From positions 114,610-178,609 of IMG/VR virus record IMGVR_UViG_3300036766_000416: 64,000 bases of DNA. One strand, given 5' to 3'. The position numbers were made by a program, and so were the translations under genes. Of the stretch, positions 1 through 8,982 are shown in pieces; position 1 is the stretch's first letter; each line of letters opens with the position of its first letter. This DNA comes from a virus. The notes beneath the pieces are model-generated. The model saw nothing but the letters and a program-made list of their open reading frames with translations. It made no database searches and had not been told where the DNA came from.

Positions 1-20
1 ACAGAGTGACATAGGGTGGC

Positions 21-1178
21 ATGATGAAAAGTTGGCAATGTGGTTTCGAAATTGATGAACTGAAAACCTTGGAGGCCTTCTACGAGCCATACAATCGCTA
101 TGCCCTGTCACCGTTCGGAAAATTTAAGAAGAATGACATCGCCACCAAGCTGGACAACAAGGCCTTCAACCAGGTCAACGACCGAGACGGGCACGTCGAG
201 GCAGCTTGGGTGCGTGAAAGGTCAAAGGTACCCAGCAAGATCACGATGCACGGCAAAACCATCATTGGTGAGAAACTCAAGGGTGACGTGACCCTTTCAA
301 GACTCTGTGGTGACCCAGAGACCTTAGAGACCTCACTGATGCATGAGGGGTACACGATGGACAACTGCTGGCTCCTGTCCTACGGTGGGGACACCGCGAT
401 CTGCCGGCTCGCTGAACGCCTGGGGTTCAAGAAAATTGGCTACAAGGTCACCTCGTTTGCAGAGATCATGGCGGTCTATTTTCGGGACAGTGACCTCAGT
501 TTGGCACCCAGGAACCACCCAGTGGTGAACAAGGCTGACTTGGTGGGTATGGCAAAGATTGCGAGCATAGGGTCCACGTTGCCCTTGTTGATTCTGCAGA
601 AAATCCAACTCAAAGGTCTCCAATACACCAATCACTACAGCAACTACAACACCAAGAATGCCTGGTCTGCATTGGCCCTTCGAGGTTACTCAGCGGACGC
701 CGCGTTCATCACGAAGCCCGCTGAGATGAATGACAAGTGGCATGAGGCCCACACACACGAACACTTCGAACTTCAAGATACCCCACTCTACGCACAGTTC
801 CCCGAAGTCAGAAAACTACTTACGTTTTTAGACGGGGAGTGCCACCGAGTCAGATTTATGCGTCTCGCCCCTGGTGGGGGAGAACTTACTCGTCATACAG
901 ACCAGGTAGACCCCGACGCTGGCAACTCACTAGGCGCGCTGGCTCGCTTGCACTTCCCTCTCAAAACCAACAAGGACGTCCTATTCAGCACATGGAATGG
1001 TGACGACCAAGAGGAACGCTATCACTTTGGATTCGGTGAGTGTTGGGTCATTGATACTCGGAAACCTCATATGGCTGTCAATGGGGGCACAGAGGAACGG
1101 ATACACCTCGTGGTTGACGTGATTGTGACACCTAAAATCGAACGCATGATCACCGAAGGACTCTCTATTCGAGCCTAA
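21..1178 (+). CDS. Fusion of a putative GNAT-like N-terminal domain and a C-terminal Asp/Asn beta-hydroxylase-type 2OG-Fe(II) oxygenase
   Basis: C-terminus has RVRFMRL..RHTD (HxD) ...RLHFPL...ECWVIDTRKPH..VNGG.EERIHLVVD, typical of the AspH-like jelly-roll. N-terminal LAERLGFKKIG resembles a GNAT motif (weaker). Confidence 0.6.
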   Translation: MMKSWQCGFEIDELKTLEAFYEPYNRYALSPFGKFKKNDIATKLDNKAFNQVNDRDGHVEAAWVRERSKVPSKITMHGKTIIGEKLKGDVTLSRLCGDPETLETSLMHEGYTMDNCWLLSYGGDTAICRLAERLGFKKIGYKVTSFAEIMAVYFRDSDLSLAPRNHPVVNKADLVGMAKIASIGSTLPLLILQKIQLKGLQYTNHYSNYNTKNAWSALALRGYSADAAFITKPAEMNDKWHEAHTHEHFELQDTPLYAQFPEVRKLLTFLDGECHRVRFMRLAPGGGELTRHTDQVDPDAGNSLGALARLHFPLKTNKDVLFSTWNGDDQEERYHFGFGECWVIDTRKPHMAVNGGTEERIHLVVDVIVTPKIERMITEGLSIRA

Positions 1179-1196
1179 TCAACCACTTAGCACCCC

Positions 1197-1225
1197 TTGA
1201 CACCTGGACCTGGTTGTGATACCCT
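1197..1225 (+). promoter_or_regulatory. sigma70-type early promoter
   Basis: TTGACA (1197-1202), 17 nt spacer, extended TG, TACCCT (1220-1225). Confidence 0.6.
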
Positions 1226-1264
1226 TAGTATGACAGTTGAAGAAACACCAGGAGCCTTTATATT

Positions 1265-4200
1265 ATGAGTACCCTCAGCAAACTTACAAAGATTGTCAGA
1301 CACAATTACAAAAAGTCTCTGGCCAGGGAACCCAAGGTTCTTCTCTATGTCTATCAGATGATGGACCACAAACCCCTGAATTCTGCCGACGGGATATACA
1401 GTCTCAAGGTGGGGGACCATTGGTGTATCTTCAGGGACATTTATGCGGCCGCCAAAAGGCGAATTCGAGAGGGGTTGGGGTGCCACAAAGCTGCCCTGGA
1501 TGACGGTCGAATCAAGATTCTCGCAGTATTCGATGTGACTGTGTATGCCAAGCACCACAAGAAATATAAAAAACATGGCAAGATCGACCTCAATGTTCAC
1601 AAAGTTATTCCAGGTCACTATCGAGATGACAATTTCCATGTCAACGATATTGGTGAAGTTCTAGCTCTCATCACCAAAGAAATCAACCGCTATTCGACAG
1701 CACAACAGAAGGACACCCTCAAACTCAGCCCTCTCCAACACGATCTGCTCAGAGATTCCATTGTGGCCTACAAGGCAGGGAAACTCCGACAGTTGTTCGC
1801 CGCGGCAGCACGAATCGGAAAAACCTGTATGGCTCTGGCTCTCATGCGGGAACTGAACCTTCCGTTTATGGTGTTCGCCAGCTACGTCACGACTTCACTC
1901 AATTCGATGATTCAGGATGCCGCAAAGTTCGCGCAATTCCACAACATCCTTGTGGTCGATACGCGAAAAAATGACTACCAACAACTCATTAGTGAAGGTC
2001 TTGCGGCGGGTAAGCAAATCGTGGCGCTCCTGAGTATGTGCAATGGTGATGATCGACAGGAACGCATCGACTTTCTCTTCAAGCTGAACCTTCTTCAAAC
2101 GTTGGTGGTCGACGAGGCAGACTATGGGTCACATCAACCGACGCAAACCGAACCACTTCAAGCAGCGGTCTCTGTAAACGAATTGGTGATCCTGATGTCA
2201 GGGACCAATCCAGAACGGTCTATGAGTACCTGGAAAATCGACTTCCAGCGACACATCAGTAATCAAGACATGCAAGTGGCCAGAGGGCTGTACCTCAGAG
2301 GTGAGTACAAACAGTCACCGAGCAAGATGCTCTTCTTCAAGAAGGACTACAGCATTCTCGGCGCGGTTGTTCCGGCTCGCTACTACCAAATGACCCTCAA
2401 GAAACTTCAGGACCTCGCCAAACTCCAGCACCCAGAGGCCTTCACGGATGATGAACTGTGGGGTTCGTGGATCAAGTGGATGAAGAACCCAGCGAAGGCC
2501 AGTGGCCCACTGTCCATGTTCTTTGAGTCAGTCTTTGAGGGCAAGTGGAACCTCGAAGAAGTCAACACCAGGTATCAGTTTAGTATCACCCCAGGTGGAC
2601 AACAAGTGGTGATGGTCTGGCTGCCTTCCTGCACCGAGACCGAGAAGATGAACTTGTTCGCTGAGATTGCTCAAAAAAGTCTCAAAAACTGGGACGTGAT
2701 TCCGCTCTCTGGTGGAGTGACGACCCCCGATGGCACCAGGATGACAGGCGCGAAGGCTGAACGCCATGTGAATGAACGTATTGCCTCAGCCAAATTCAAT
2801 GGCAACCGCAACGTCATGATCATCTCAGCGATCATGGGTGCCCGCTCATTCGGGATCAAGGAAATCACTGAGGTCTATCTGTGCTACGATGAGGGAGCGG
2901 TGGGTTCGACGATTCAGAAAATGTCACGAGCCCTCACACCGTTCTTCGACGGGACTGAGAAACTTGCTCGCATTGTCTCGTGCAGCTTCGACCCTAACCG
3001 TGACGAGAAATTCGACCCACTGGTCCTTGAGTGTGCCAAGCACACCAAGGCTCTGTATGGGATACCCCTGGTCAAGGCCATCAAACTCGTGCTACGCACG
3101 TCAGACTTCTTTGTGATGACCCAGGATGGACCGAAACCCTATGAAATCTCCGCGTACCTTGAGGGTGTGTTGGCCCGCAAGAGTACCGCGCGGGTGTTCG
3201 GGAAAATTTTCAAGCTGGAAAACATTCCCACTGACCTGTTGGAGTCTATCGCCAGGGTCTCTGGAAAAATCGGCAAGACCACGAAACAAGAAGTTGCTCA
3301 ACGAGGCAAGACGCTCGCTGAGGTCCTCAAGAAATCACCAGGAACCAAGAATACTCCGGCTCAAGACAAAATCTGGAAAGACATCCACAACGGCCTGGTC
3401 TACATCGCGTCCAACATCGATTGGATCATGTGCTTCGGTCGCCGTGGGGCCTCATTGGTGGAGTGCCTGGACATTCTCGATAAGGAAACTCAGAGGACCC
3501 GGGATGGCCTCGCTGAGGATTATGGTATCCCCTATGCGGACCTCGCACGATTGCTTCGGTGCGACGTGAGTAGCCATGACCTCCTGGAGTTGGAGTCCTA
3601 CGCGGGCACTGGGACCGCTAGCAACCGCACAAAATTTTCTATCGACCCAGTGGTGATGGAGATGTTGGCGATCATTCCTGAGAAGGATTGGCAGTCGTCT
3701 ACCAAGACCTTTGCGGACCTGGCGATGGCAGGAGGTCAGTTTATTGTTGGGCTGGTGCGAATGCTGAGAACCTACGGACACTCAGACGAGAACATCAGGA
3801 GTCGTGTGTTCGGATTCGACACCTGCAAGCACAGAATTCTCGCTGCTAAATACCACTGTCCAGACCTCATCGGAACCTTTGAGGTCAAAACAATCGAGGA
3901 GTTGATGAAGATGACCCAGAAATTTGACGTGATCGTTGGGAACCCACCGTTTCAACAAAATAGCAAAATCGCAAAAGACAGCGGCACCAATAAACTCTGG
4001 AATAAATTTACAAAACTCGCTATCGATCTTTCACCGGGGGGATATGTGACATACATCACCCCCCAATCATGGTTGGTGGGAAACAGGACATTCGACCTGC
4101 TCACCAGTAAGAAATCAATAAGTGTTAATACCGAAATCTCTCATTATTTTCAGGGTGTTAATAGTTCTTTCTGCTCGTGGGTTCTGTCAAACAAAGACAA

Positions 4201-4795
4201 GGACGACGCAGAAACTGGGAAGATATTTGTGAACGGCAAACCACTTGACAGTTCCCTAGGTTTGATACCCAAAGACAGATCACACAACGGTCTTTCTTTA
4301 GTTGCTAAGTTTTTTTCAAAGAAAGATAAATTTTCATTCGACCGACTTTATAATCATGGATCAACAGCCATTAAAAACGACCCAACACTACTAGGCAAAA
4401 AAAGTCAACGATACCAACACCCAATTACATTCACCGCCTCAAAACAAGGCATTGCGTGGAGTCGCATACCAAGCCCAGTGCAGGGGAAAAAGAAAGTGAT
4501 TATATTTCGTAGCGCCCCTATAAAACCCACGTATTCAACTAATGGTGTTGGTGCTGACGCCTTCTTTAAGTTAGTGACCTCGAAAGAGGAAGGAAAGAAT
4601 ATGGTTGAAATTTTCAACTCAAAACTCTACTCATACATTTTCAAAACCACACTCTATAGTGGATTTTTCTCTATGTCAGTGTTTAACCACATTCCCTATC
4701 TCGATTACACCAGGTCCTGGAGTGACGCTGAAATCTATGAGCACTTCAACATCACCAAGAAAGAGCAAGCACACATTGAAGCCTACCTTGCGTGA
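1265..4795 (+). CDS. Single-polypeptide restriction-modification-like enzyme: putative T5orf172/GIY-YIG-like N-domain, SF2 helicase, N6-adenine MTase, target-recognition domain
   Basis: Walker A-like AARIGKT, LVVDEAD, MSGT; later AMAGGQF (SAM motif I) and FDVIVGNPPF (motif IV); AGGAG RBS upstream. Confidence 0.7.
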   Translation: MSTLSKLTKIVRHNYKKSLAREPKVLLYVYQMMDHKPLNSADGIYSLKVGDHWCIFRDIYAAAKRRIREGLGCHKAALDDGRIKILAVFDVTVYAKHHKKYKKHGKIDLNVHKVIPGHYRDDNFHVNDIGEVLALITKEINRYSTAQQKDTLKLSPLQHDLLRDSIVAYKAGKLRQLFAAAARIGKTCMALALMRELNLPFMVFASYVTTSLNSMIQDAAKFAQFHNILVVDTRKNDYQQLISEGLAAGKQIVALLSMCNGDDRQERIDFLFKLNLLQTLVVDEADYGSHQPTQTEPLQAAVSVNELVILMSGTNPERSMSTWKIDFQRHISNQDMQVARGLYLRGEYKQSPSKMLFFKKDYSILGAVVPARYYQMTLKKLQDLAKLQHPEAFTDDELWGSWIKWMKNPAKASGPLSMFFESVFEGKWNLEEVNTRYQFSITPGGQQVVMVWLPSCTETEKMNLFAEIAQKSLKNWDVIPLSGGVTTPDGTRMTGAKAERHVNERIASAKFNGNRNVMIISAIMGARSFGIKEITEVYLCYDEGAVGSTIQKMSRALTPFFDGTEKLARIVSCSFDPNRDEKFDPLVLECAKHTKALYGIPLVKAIKLVLRTSDFFVMTQDGPKPYEISAYLEGVLARKSTARVFGKIFKLENIPTDLLESIARVSGKIGKTTKQEVAQRGKTLAEVLKKSPGTKNTPAQDKIWKDIHNGLVYIASNIDWIMCFGRRGASLVECLDILDKETQRTRDGLAEDYGIPYADLARLLRCDVSSHDLLELESYAGTGTASNRTKFSIDPVVMEMLAIIPEKDWQSSTKTFADLAMAGGQFIVGLVRMLRTYGHSDENIRSRVFGFDTCKHRILAAKYHCPDLIGTFEVKTIEELMKMTQKFDVIVGNPPFQQNSKIAKDSGTNKLWNKFTKLAIDLSPGGYVTYITPQSWLVGNRTFDLLTSKKSISVNTEISHYFQGVNSSFCSWVLSNKDKDDAETGKIFVNGKPLDSSLGLIPKDRSHNGLSLVAKFFSKKDKFSFDRLYNHGSTAIKNDPTLLGKKSQRYQHPITFTASKQGIAWSRIPSPVQGKKKVIIFRSAPIKPTYSTNGVGADAFFKLVTSKEEGKNMVEIFNSKLYSYIFKTTLYSGFFSMSVFNHIPYLDYTRSWSDAEIYEHFNITKKEQAHIEAYLA

Positions 4796-4796
4796 A

Positions 4797-5216
4797 GTGA
4801 TTGAACACGTTCGCAACAGGTCCTACATGTCAGGGGTCCAACGGGATGCCCTGCGCGTCAAGGCCACTGGTGAAATCTTCACACCGACACCACTGGTCCA
4901 GGAACTTCTGGACCAACTCCCCACTGAGGTGTTCAGTGAGCCCTCCGAGACCTTCCTAGACCCTTCCTGTGGTGACGGACAGTTTCTCGGCGAGGTCCTG
5001 ATCCGCAAAATGGAGCATGGTAGCACGTTCGCTGAGGCCCTCAACACGATCTATGGTGTCGAACTGATGCCCGACAACAGGGCCCTCTGTGTTGAACGGC
5101 TCCTGTGTGGTCACGAAGAATACCGGGACCTCGTGGAGTCGCACATCGTCTGCGCTGATGCCTTGAGCTATGATTACTCGTTCGGTAAACCTGTGGGTCT
5201 GGAGAACCTGTGCTGA
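4797..5216 (+). CDS. N-6 DNA methylase-like protein containing only the SAM-binding half (probable GTG start 4797)
   Basis: GEIFTP and FLDPSCGDGQF motifs, IYGVELM, IVCADAL; no NPPY/F motif before the stop. Confidence 0.7.
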   Translation: MIEHVRNRSYMSGVQRDALRVKATGEIFTPTPLVQELLDQLPTEVFSEPSETFLDPSCGDGQFLGEVLIRKMEHGSTFAEALNTIYGVELMPDNRALCVERLLCGHEEYRDLVESHIVCADALSYDYSFGKPVGLENLC

Positions 5217-5785
5217 TCATTGGGAACCCTCCATTCGGCAAGAGGGCCTCTCTGGCGATAGAGTTTTTCAATCGAGCCACCCGGCTCTCCGATGTGATTG
5301 CGTTCGTGGTGCCAGTACAGTTCAGGAAGTGGTCGGTTCAGTCCAAACTCAACCCGGAAATGCGACTGGTCCTAGACAAGGATGTTCCTGAACACACCTT
5401 CGACGGGATACGCTGCTGTTTGCAAATCTGGAAACGGGGAGGGTCGGGTCCCGATCTACGACTGAAAGCGGCACCCACGATCACCCACAAAGACTTTTTC
5501 ATGTGGCAGTATAATAATACAGAAAAGGCCAAGCGAGTGTTCGGCATCACGTTCGATTTCGCGGTACCCCGTCAAGGGTACGCAGATTACACCAGGCGTG
5601 AGACAGACTACAGGGCCTGTGAACTGACAACCCAATGGATACTCTTTCGAGCACCCAATCCAGTGGTCTTGTCGAGACTCAAGCAATTAGATTTTGAGGC
5701 ACTTGCAAAGAAGAATACGACGATCCCTGGGTTCGGCAAAGCAGACGTGGTGAGATTGTATCATGAGGTGTATGGTGACAACTGA
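5210..5785 (+). CDS. Amino-methyltransferase catalytic half plus TRD-like region
   Basis: Begins directly with LIIGNPPF (motif IV), then IAFVVP; no SAM-binding motif I; its frame is closed by a stop at 5186. Confidence 0.65.
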   Translation: MLIIGNPPFGKRASLAIEFFNRATRLSDVIAFVVPVQFRKWSVQSKLNPEMRLVLDKDVPEHTFDGIRCCLQIWKRGGSGPDLRLKAAPTITHKDFFMWQYNNTEKAKRVFGITFDFAVPRQGYADYTRRETDYRACELTTQWILFRAPNPVVLSRLKQLDFEALAKKNTTIPGFGKADVVRLYHEVYGDN

Positions 5786-6692
5786 ACGAGACATCGATCA
5801 CGCGCTAGACCTGATTACCCCGGTCCAGTTCGACCAGGGTCTCTATTGGAAACGCGACGACCACTTCCAACCTTTCGGGCCCCTACATGTCAATGGCGGA
5901 AAAGTCCGACAGGCGATCATGGTCTTTCGGTCCAAGCTGGAAGAGCTTCGTGACCCTGAGTGCTACGACAATGGCGTGGTCACCGCCGCCTCAGTGTACT
6001 CCCCACAATCCGCCAACATCGCCAAGGTCGCGCAGCACTATGGGGTGAAGTGTATCTCGACAGTAGGGGGAACCACTGAAGCAGGACTCCGTAAGCACCA
6101 TATGATGCGGCTCACGCGGCACTACGGGTCCGAGATTCGTATTGTCGCAGGGCACGGCATGACCGCGGTGATCCACAGCCGGATGCACGACATTGCGAAG
6201 CAGCTTCGGTACCTCCCAATCGAAATGGGTGAACTGATGGAGGAGAACCCCACTGCAATCTTTGAGTCAACCGCTCGCCAAGTCCAGAACCTACCCGATG
6301 ACCTGGACAACCTCATCGTGCCCACTGGTGTTGCCATCCAGTTGACGGGTATCCTGCGGGGCCTCAGGGAGTTTGACAAAAAAGTTGGACGGGTCGTGTG
6401 TGTCTGTGTGGGACCGACCAGAGAGAAGCAACTGAGCCACTACCTCCGTGACATTTACAAGGAAGAGGTCTCGCGGTACCACAGTGTCGAGATGGTTGCC
6501 CACAAGGCTCCGTATTCGAAACCCTACGAGGTCAAGGTCAACGGTGAGCATATCGATGACCTCTATGAGGGCAAGGCCTTTGACTGGATGACCAAGAACG
6601 TGGATTACCGTAACCAGAAAACCTGCTTCTGGGTCGTCGGCAAGAGGCCTAGAGTGACCGATGTTGATACCATCATCCAGGACATGCTATGA
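5772..6692 (+). CDS. PLP-dependent fold-type II enzyme (ACC deaminase/D-cysteine desulfhydrase-like)
   Basis: LYWKRDD..NGGKVRQ (PLP lysine region), IVPTGVAIQLTG, DDLYEGKAF. The start could be 5763 or 5772. Confidence 0.75.
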   Translation: MVTTERDIDHALDLITPVQFDQGLYWKRDDHFQPFGPLHVNGGKVRQAIMVFRSKLEELRDPECYDNGVVTAASVYSPQSANIAKVAQHYGVKCISTVGGTTEAGLRKHHMMRLTRHYGSEIRIVAGHGMTAVIHSRMHDIAKQLRYLPIEMGELMEENPTAIFESTARQVQNLPDDLDNLIVPTGVAIQLTGILRGLREFDKKVGRVVCVCVGPTREKQLSHYLRDIYKEEVSRYHSVEMVAHKAPYSKPYEVKVNGEHIDDLYEGKAFDWMTKNVDYRNQKTCFWVVGKRPRVTDVDTIIQDML

Positions 6693-8269
6693 ACTACTTC
6701 TATGAACGGGGCACCGAACTACTCGAATCACCCGTCAACAAAACGTTCGACGAACTGTTGGTCATGAGCACCGAGGAATTTCGACAATGGGTCATCGACC
6801 TTCGCAAGACCGTCGTGTACCTCTGGGATACCAAGGGACAGCCGCCACGGGTGGGCTACGACGAAGCAGGGATCATCAAACAGTTTCGGGAACTAGAGCC
6901 CTTCATCACCGAGACCTTCGAGCAGCTTGACGAGTGCACCGGTGAACGGAACGTGATCCGCAACACCTCGAACCTTGGGAACGCGGTGAACCAGTGGTTT
7001 CCCACGATGATGAAGGTGCGTATCAACTACACGAAGGACGTCGACGCAGGGAAATCTATCTACGATTTTTTCGCTAAGGACTCTTTGCTCGATACGTTCG
7101 TGACCTATGCGTCAAGACATTTTCACAGAGACTCGTTCTACAACTTCTCGCTGACCTTGCAGGCCTCTGACACCACACGGTACGGTCAGGTCCCTGTGGC
7201 GACAACGGGTCTGGAGTGGGTCCGACAATTCGAGACTGATGGGTACCGCAACCGTGGACAGTGGGATTACTGGCTCGAAACGATAGCTGCCACGAAAACT
7301 TATACGGGCTACAACGAAGTTCTCAAAGACCGTCAGTACCTCCAGGTGTCTCAGCAAGAATTGGAGACCCTAGGTGACCTGGTACCCGCCCGATGCACAA
7401 CCAACATCAACAGGTCCAAAGGTGACCTCTGTGCCATCAGGGTCTATGAGACCGGGCAGAAGGTGTTTCCAGTAGGCCTCAAGGCATTCCGTATGAGCTT
7501 CTGCCAGTACGCGGTCCAATGGCCTCCATTGACAGCCAAGCATATCATTGAACGGTTTACAAACGAGTGGAAATCTGAACCCACAATATATTGTTGGGAC
7601 CCTAGTGCTGGGTGGGGCGGGCGATTGCTCGGTGCTTTGGCAGTCGAGGATAAGCGTCACATCACCTATCTGGCCAATGACCCCAACAGCGATCATACAA
7701 CAACTCTAGGGCGGACTAAGTATCACGAGGTATACGACTTCTATTGCCAGCACGTTCCTAAAGGTGGAATTTTTGGTGCGGAGCACACTGAATTCAAATT
7801 TTGGCAACTGGGGTCGGAGCTGATGCACCGTGACCCCGGCTTTTGTGAATATAAAGGAAAAATATCTCTGGTGTTTACCAGCCCACCATATTTTTGCAAA
7901 GAAGCCTACTCGGAGGACCCCTCACAGTCCTACAAGAAATTCTCGCAGTACGATCAGTGGCGCGATGGGTTTCTCAAGAGGACCTTGGAGACTGCTGTTG
8001 AGTGGTTGCGACCCGGTGGGTATCTGGCTTGGAATATAGCGAACGCCACATTTAGCGGAGATAGATTGCCCTTAGAAAATGATTCCAATGTTATCCTAAA
8101 ATCGCTTGGTATGGAGTACGTGCAGGTGCTGAAAATGTCCCTTGCTCAAACCCCGGGCGGCAATAGACTAGACAAAGTTACAGGACTTCCAAAAACAGAG
8201 CATTCCTGCAAAGTGGGAGGGTTGTGGTTGAAATGGGAACCTATTCTAATATGGCGCAAACCGAAATAA
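6689..8269 (+). CDS. DNA amino-methyltransferase-like protein (SPPY type) with a long N-terminal extension
   Basis: WDPSAGWGGRLLG (SAM motif), VFTSPPYF..E.YSED, WLRPGGYLAWNIA; ATGA overlap with the PLP gene. Confidence 0.7.
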   Translation: MNYFYERGTELLESPVNKTFDELLVMSTEEFRQWVIDLRKTVVYLWDTKGQPPRVGYDEAGIIKQFRELEPFITETFEQLDECTGERNVIRNTSNLGNAVNQWFPTMMKVRINYTKDVDAGKSIYDFFAKDSLLDTFVTYASRHFHRDSFYNFSLTLQASDTTRYGQVPVATTGLEWVRQFETDGYRNRGQWDYWLETIAATKTYTGYNEVLKDRQYLQVSQQELETLGDLVPARCTTNINRSKGDLCAIRVYETGQKVFPVGLKAFRMSFCQYAVQWPPLTAKHIIERFTNEWKSEPTIYCWDPSAGWGGRLLGALAVEDKRHITYLANDPNSDHTTTLGRTKYHEVYDFYCQHVPKGGIFGAEHTEFKFWQLGSELMHRDPGFCEYKGKISLVFTSPPYFCKEAYSEDPSQSYKKFSQYDQWRDGFLKRTLETAVEWLRPGGYLAWNIANATFSGDRLPLENDSNVILKSLGMEYVQVLKMSLAQTPGGNRLDKVTGLPKTEHSCKVGGLWLKWEPILIWRKPK

Positions 8270-8855
8270 CTTCAGTACATTTCCATCCTTTATGATGCCT
8301 CCTTTCCCCGCGAGATGTTGACCACATGTGGCTAACATTCAGCTTATTGGTTCTACAGAACCCCTTCAGGTTTGTTATTTGAAAAGTACTCCCGGCAGGT
8401 GATGTCACCTCCCAGTGTTTATCTCTCTTTCCGCGTATAACTTCAGCAACTTTCCTAACATGTTCTGGGGATTGTGGACCCGTTTTTATTCCTCTATTCC
8501 AGGGAATTCTTCTCTTGAACCTCGCAATAGTCTCTGGCGAGTGTCTGAAACCAAGTTGTCCCTCTCCGCCGTAGGGCATATTATAGCCCTTGCCAGTAGA
8601 GTAGTGTGAATCATAAAGACGAATAAAATAACCCTCCATAATGTTCAACACAAAATCTTTATCAGGTGACTCATACTCAATAGTCCAATCGAATCCAGAC
8701 GCACCATATTTCTTGATGGCTTGATGAAACACAACCCCCTGAGCTTTTGACTTTGCTTCCCATAGATGGATATACTTTCGTTTAGGCCAAGCAGAGTCGT
8801 ACCCGATATAGACTTTTCCGTTGGTCTTGTTTGTCGCTTTATAAATGACAGGCAT
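8241..8855 (-). CDS. Free-standing GIY-YIG homing endonuclease
   Basis: VIYKATNKTNGKVYIG, GYNM..GG, NUMOD3-like PWNRG, C-terminal NL..FCR..L...KGW.C. Confidence 0.85.
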   Translation of the reverse strand: MPVIYKATNKTNGKVYIGYDSAWPKRKYIHLWEAKSKAQGVVFHQAIKKYGASGFDWTIEYESPDKDFVLNIMEGYFIRLYDSHYSTGKGYNMPYGGEGQLGFRHSPETIARFKRRIPWNRGIKTGPQSPEHVRKVAEVIRGKRDKHWEVTSPAGSTFQITNLKGFCRTNKLNVSHMWSTSRGERRHHKGWKCTEVISVCAILE

Positions 8856-8860
8856 AACGT

Positions 8861-8868
8861 TACTTATA
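8861..8868 (-). promoter_or_regulatory. T4 late-promoter-like box
   Basis: TATAAGTA on the - strand, 5 nt before the ATG of the HEG (one mismatch to TATAAATA). Confidence 0.45.
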
Positions 8869-8947
8869 CGCGATCCACTGTGACAAAAATCCCACAGTTT
8901 TATAATGCTGGTCTAATCTAATTCTAATCTTCCCGCCCGTTTCCTGC

Positions 8948-8976
8948 TTGACACCCACCCCGGTACATGATACGCT
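8948..8976 (+). promoter_or_regulatory. sigma70-type early promoter
   Basis: TTGACA, 17 nt, TG-extended TACGCT; ATG follows 6 nt later. Confidence 0.65.
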
Positions 8977-8982
8977 TAGTGT

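Noticed and set aside
4605-4796. N-terminal extension of the 203 aa ORF
   Set aside because: It overlaps the upstream gene by about 190 nt; GTG 4797 just after the upstream stop is the more plausible start.
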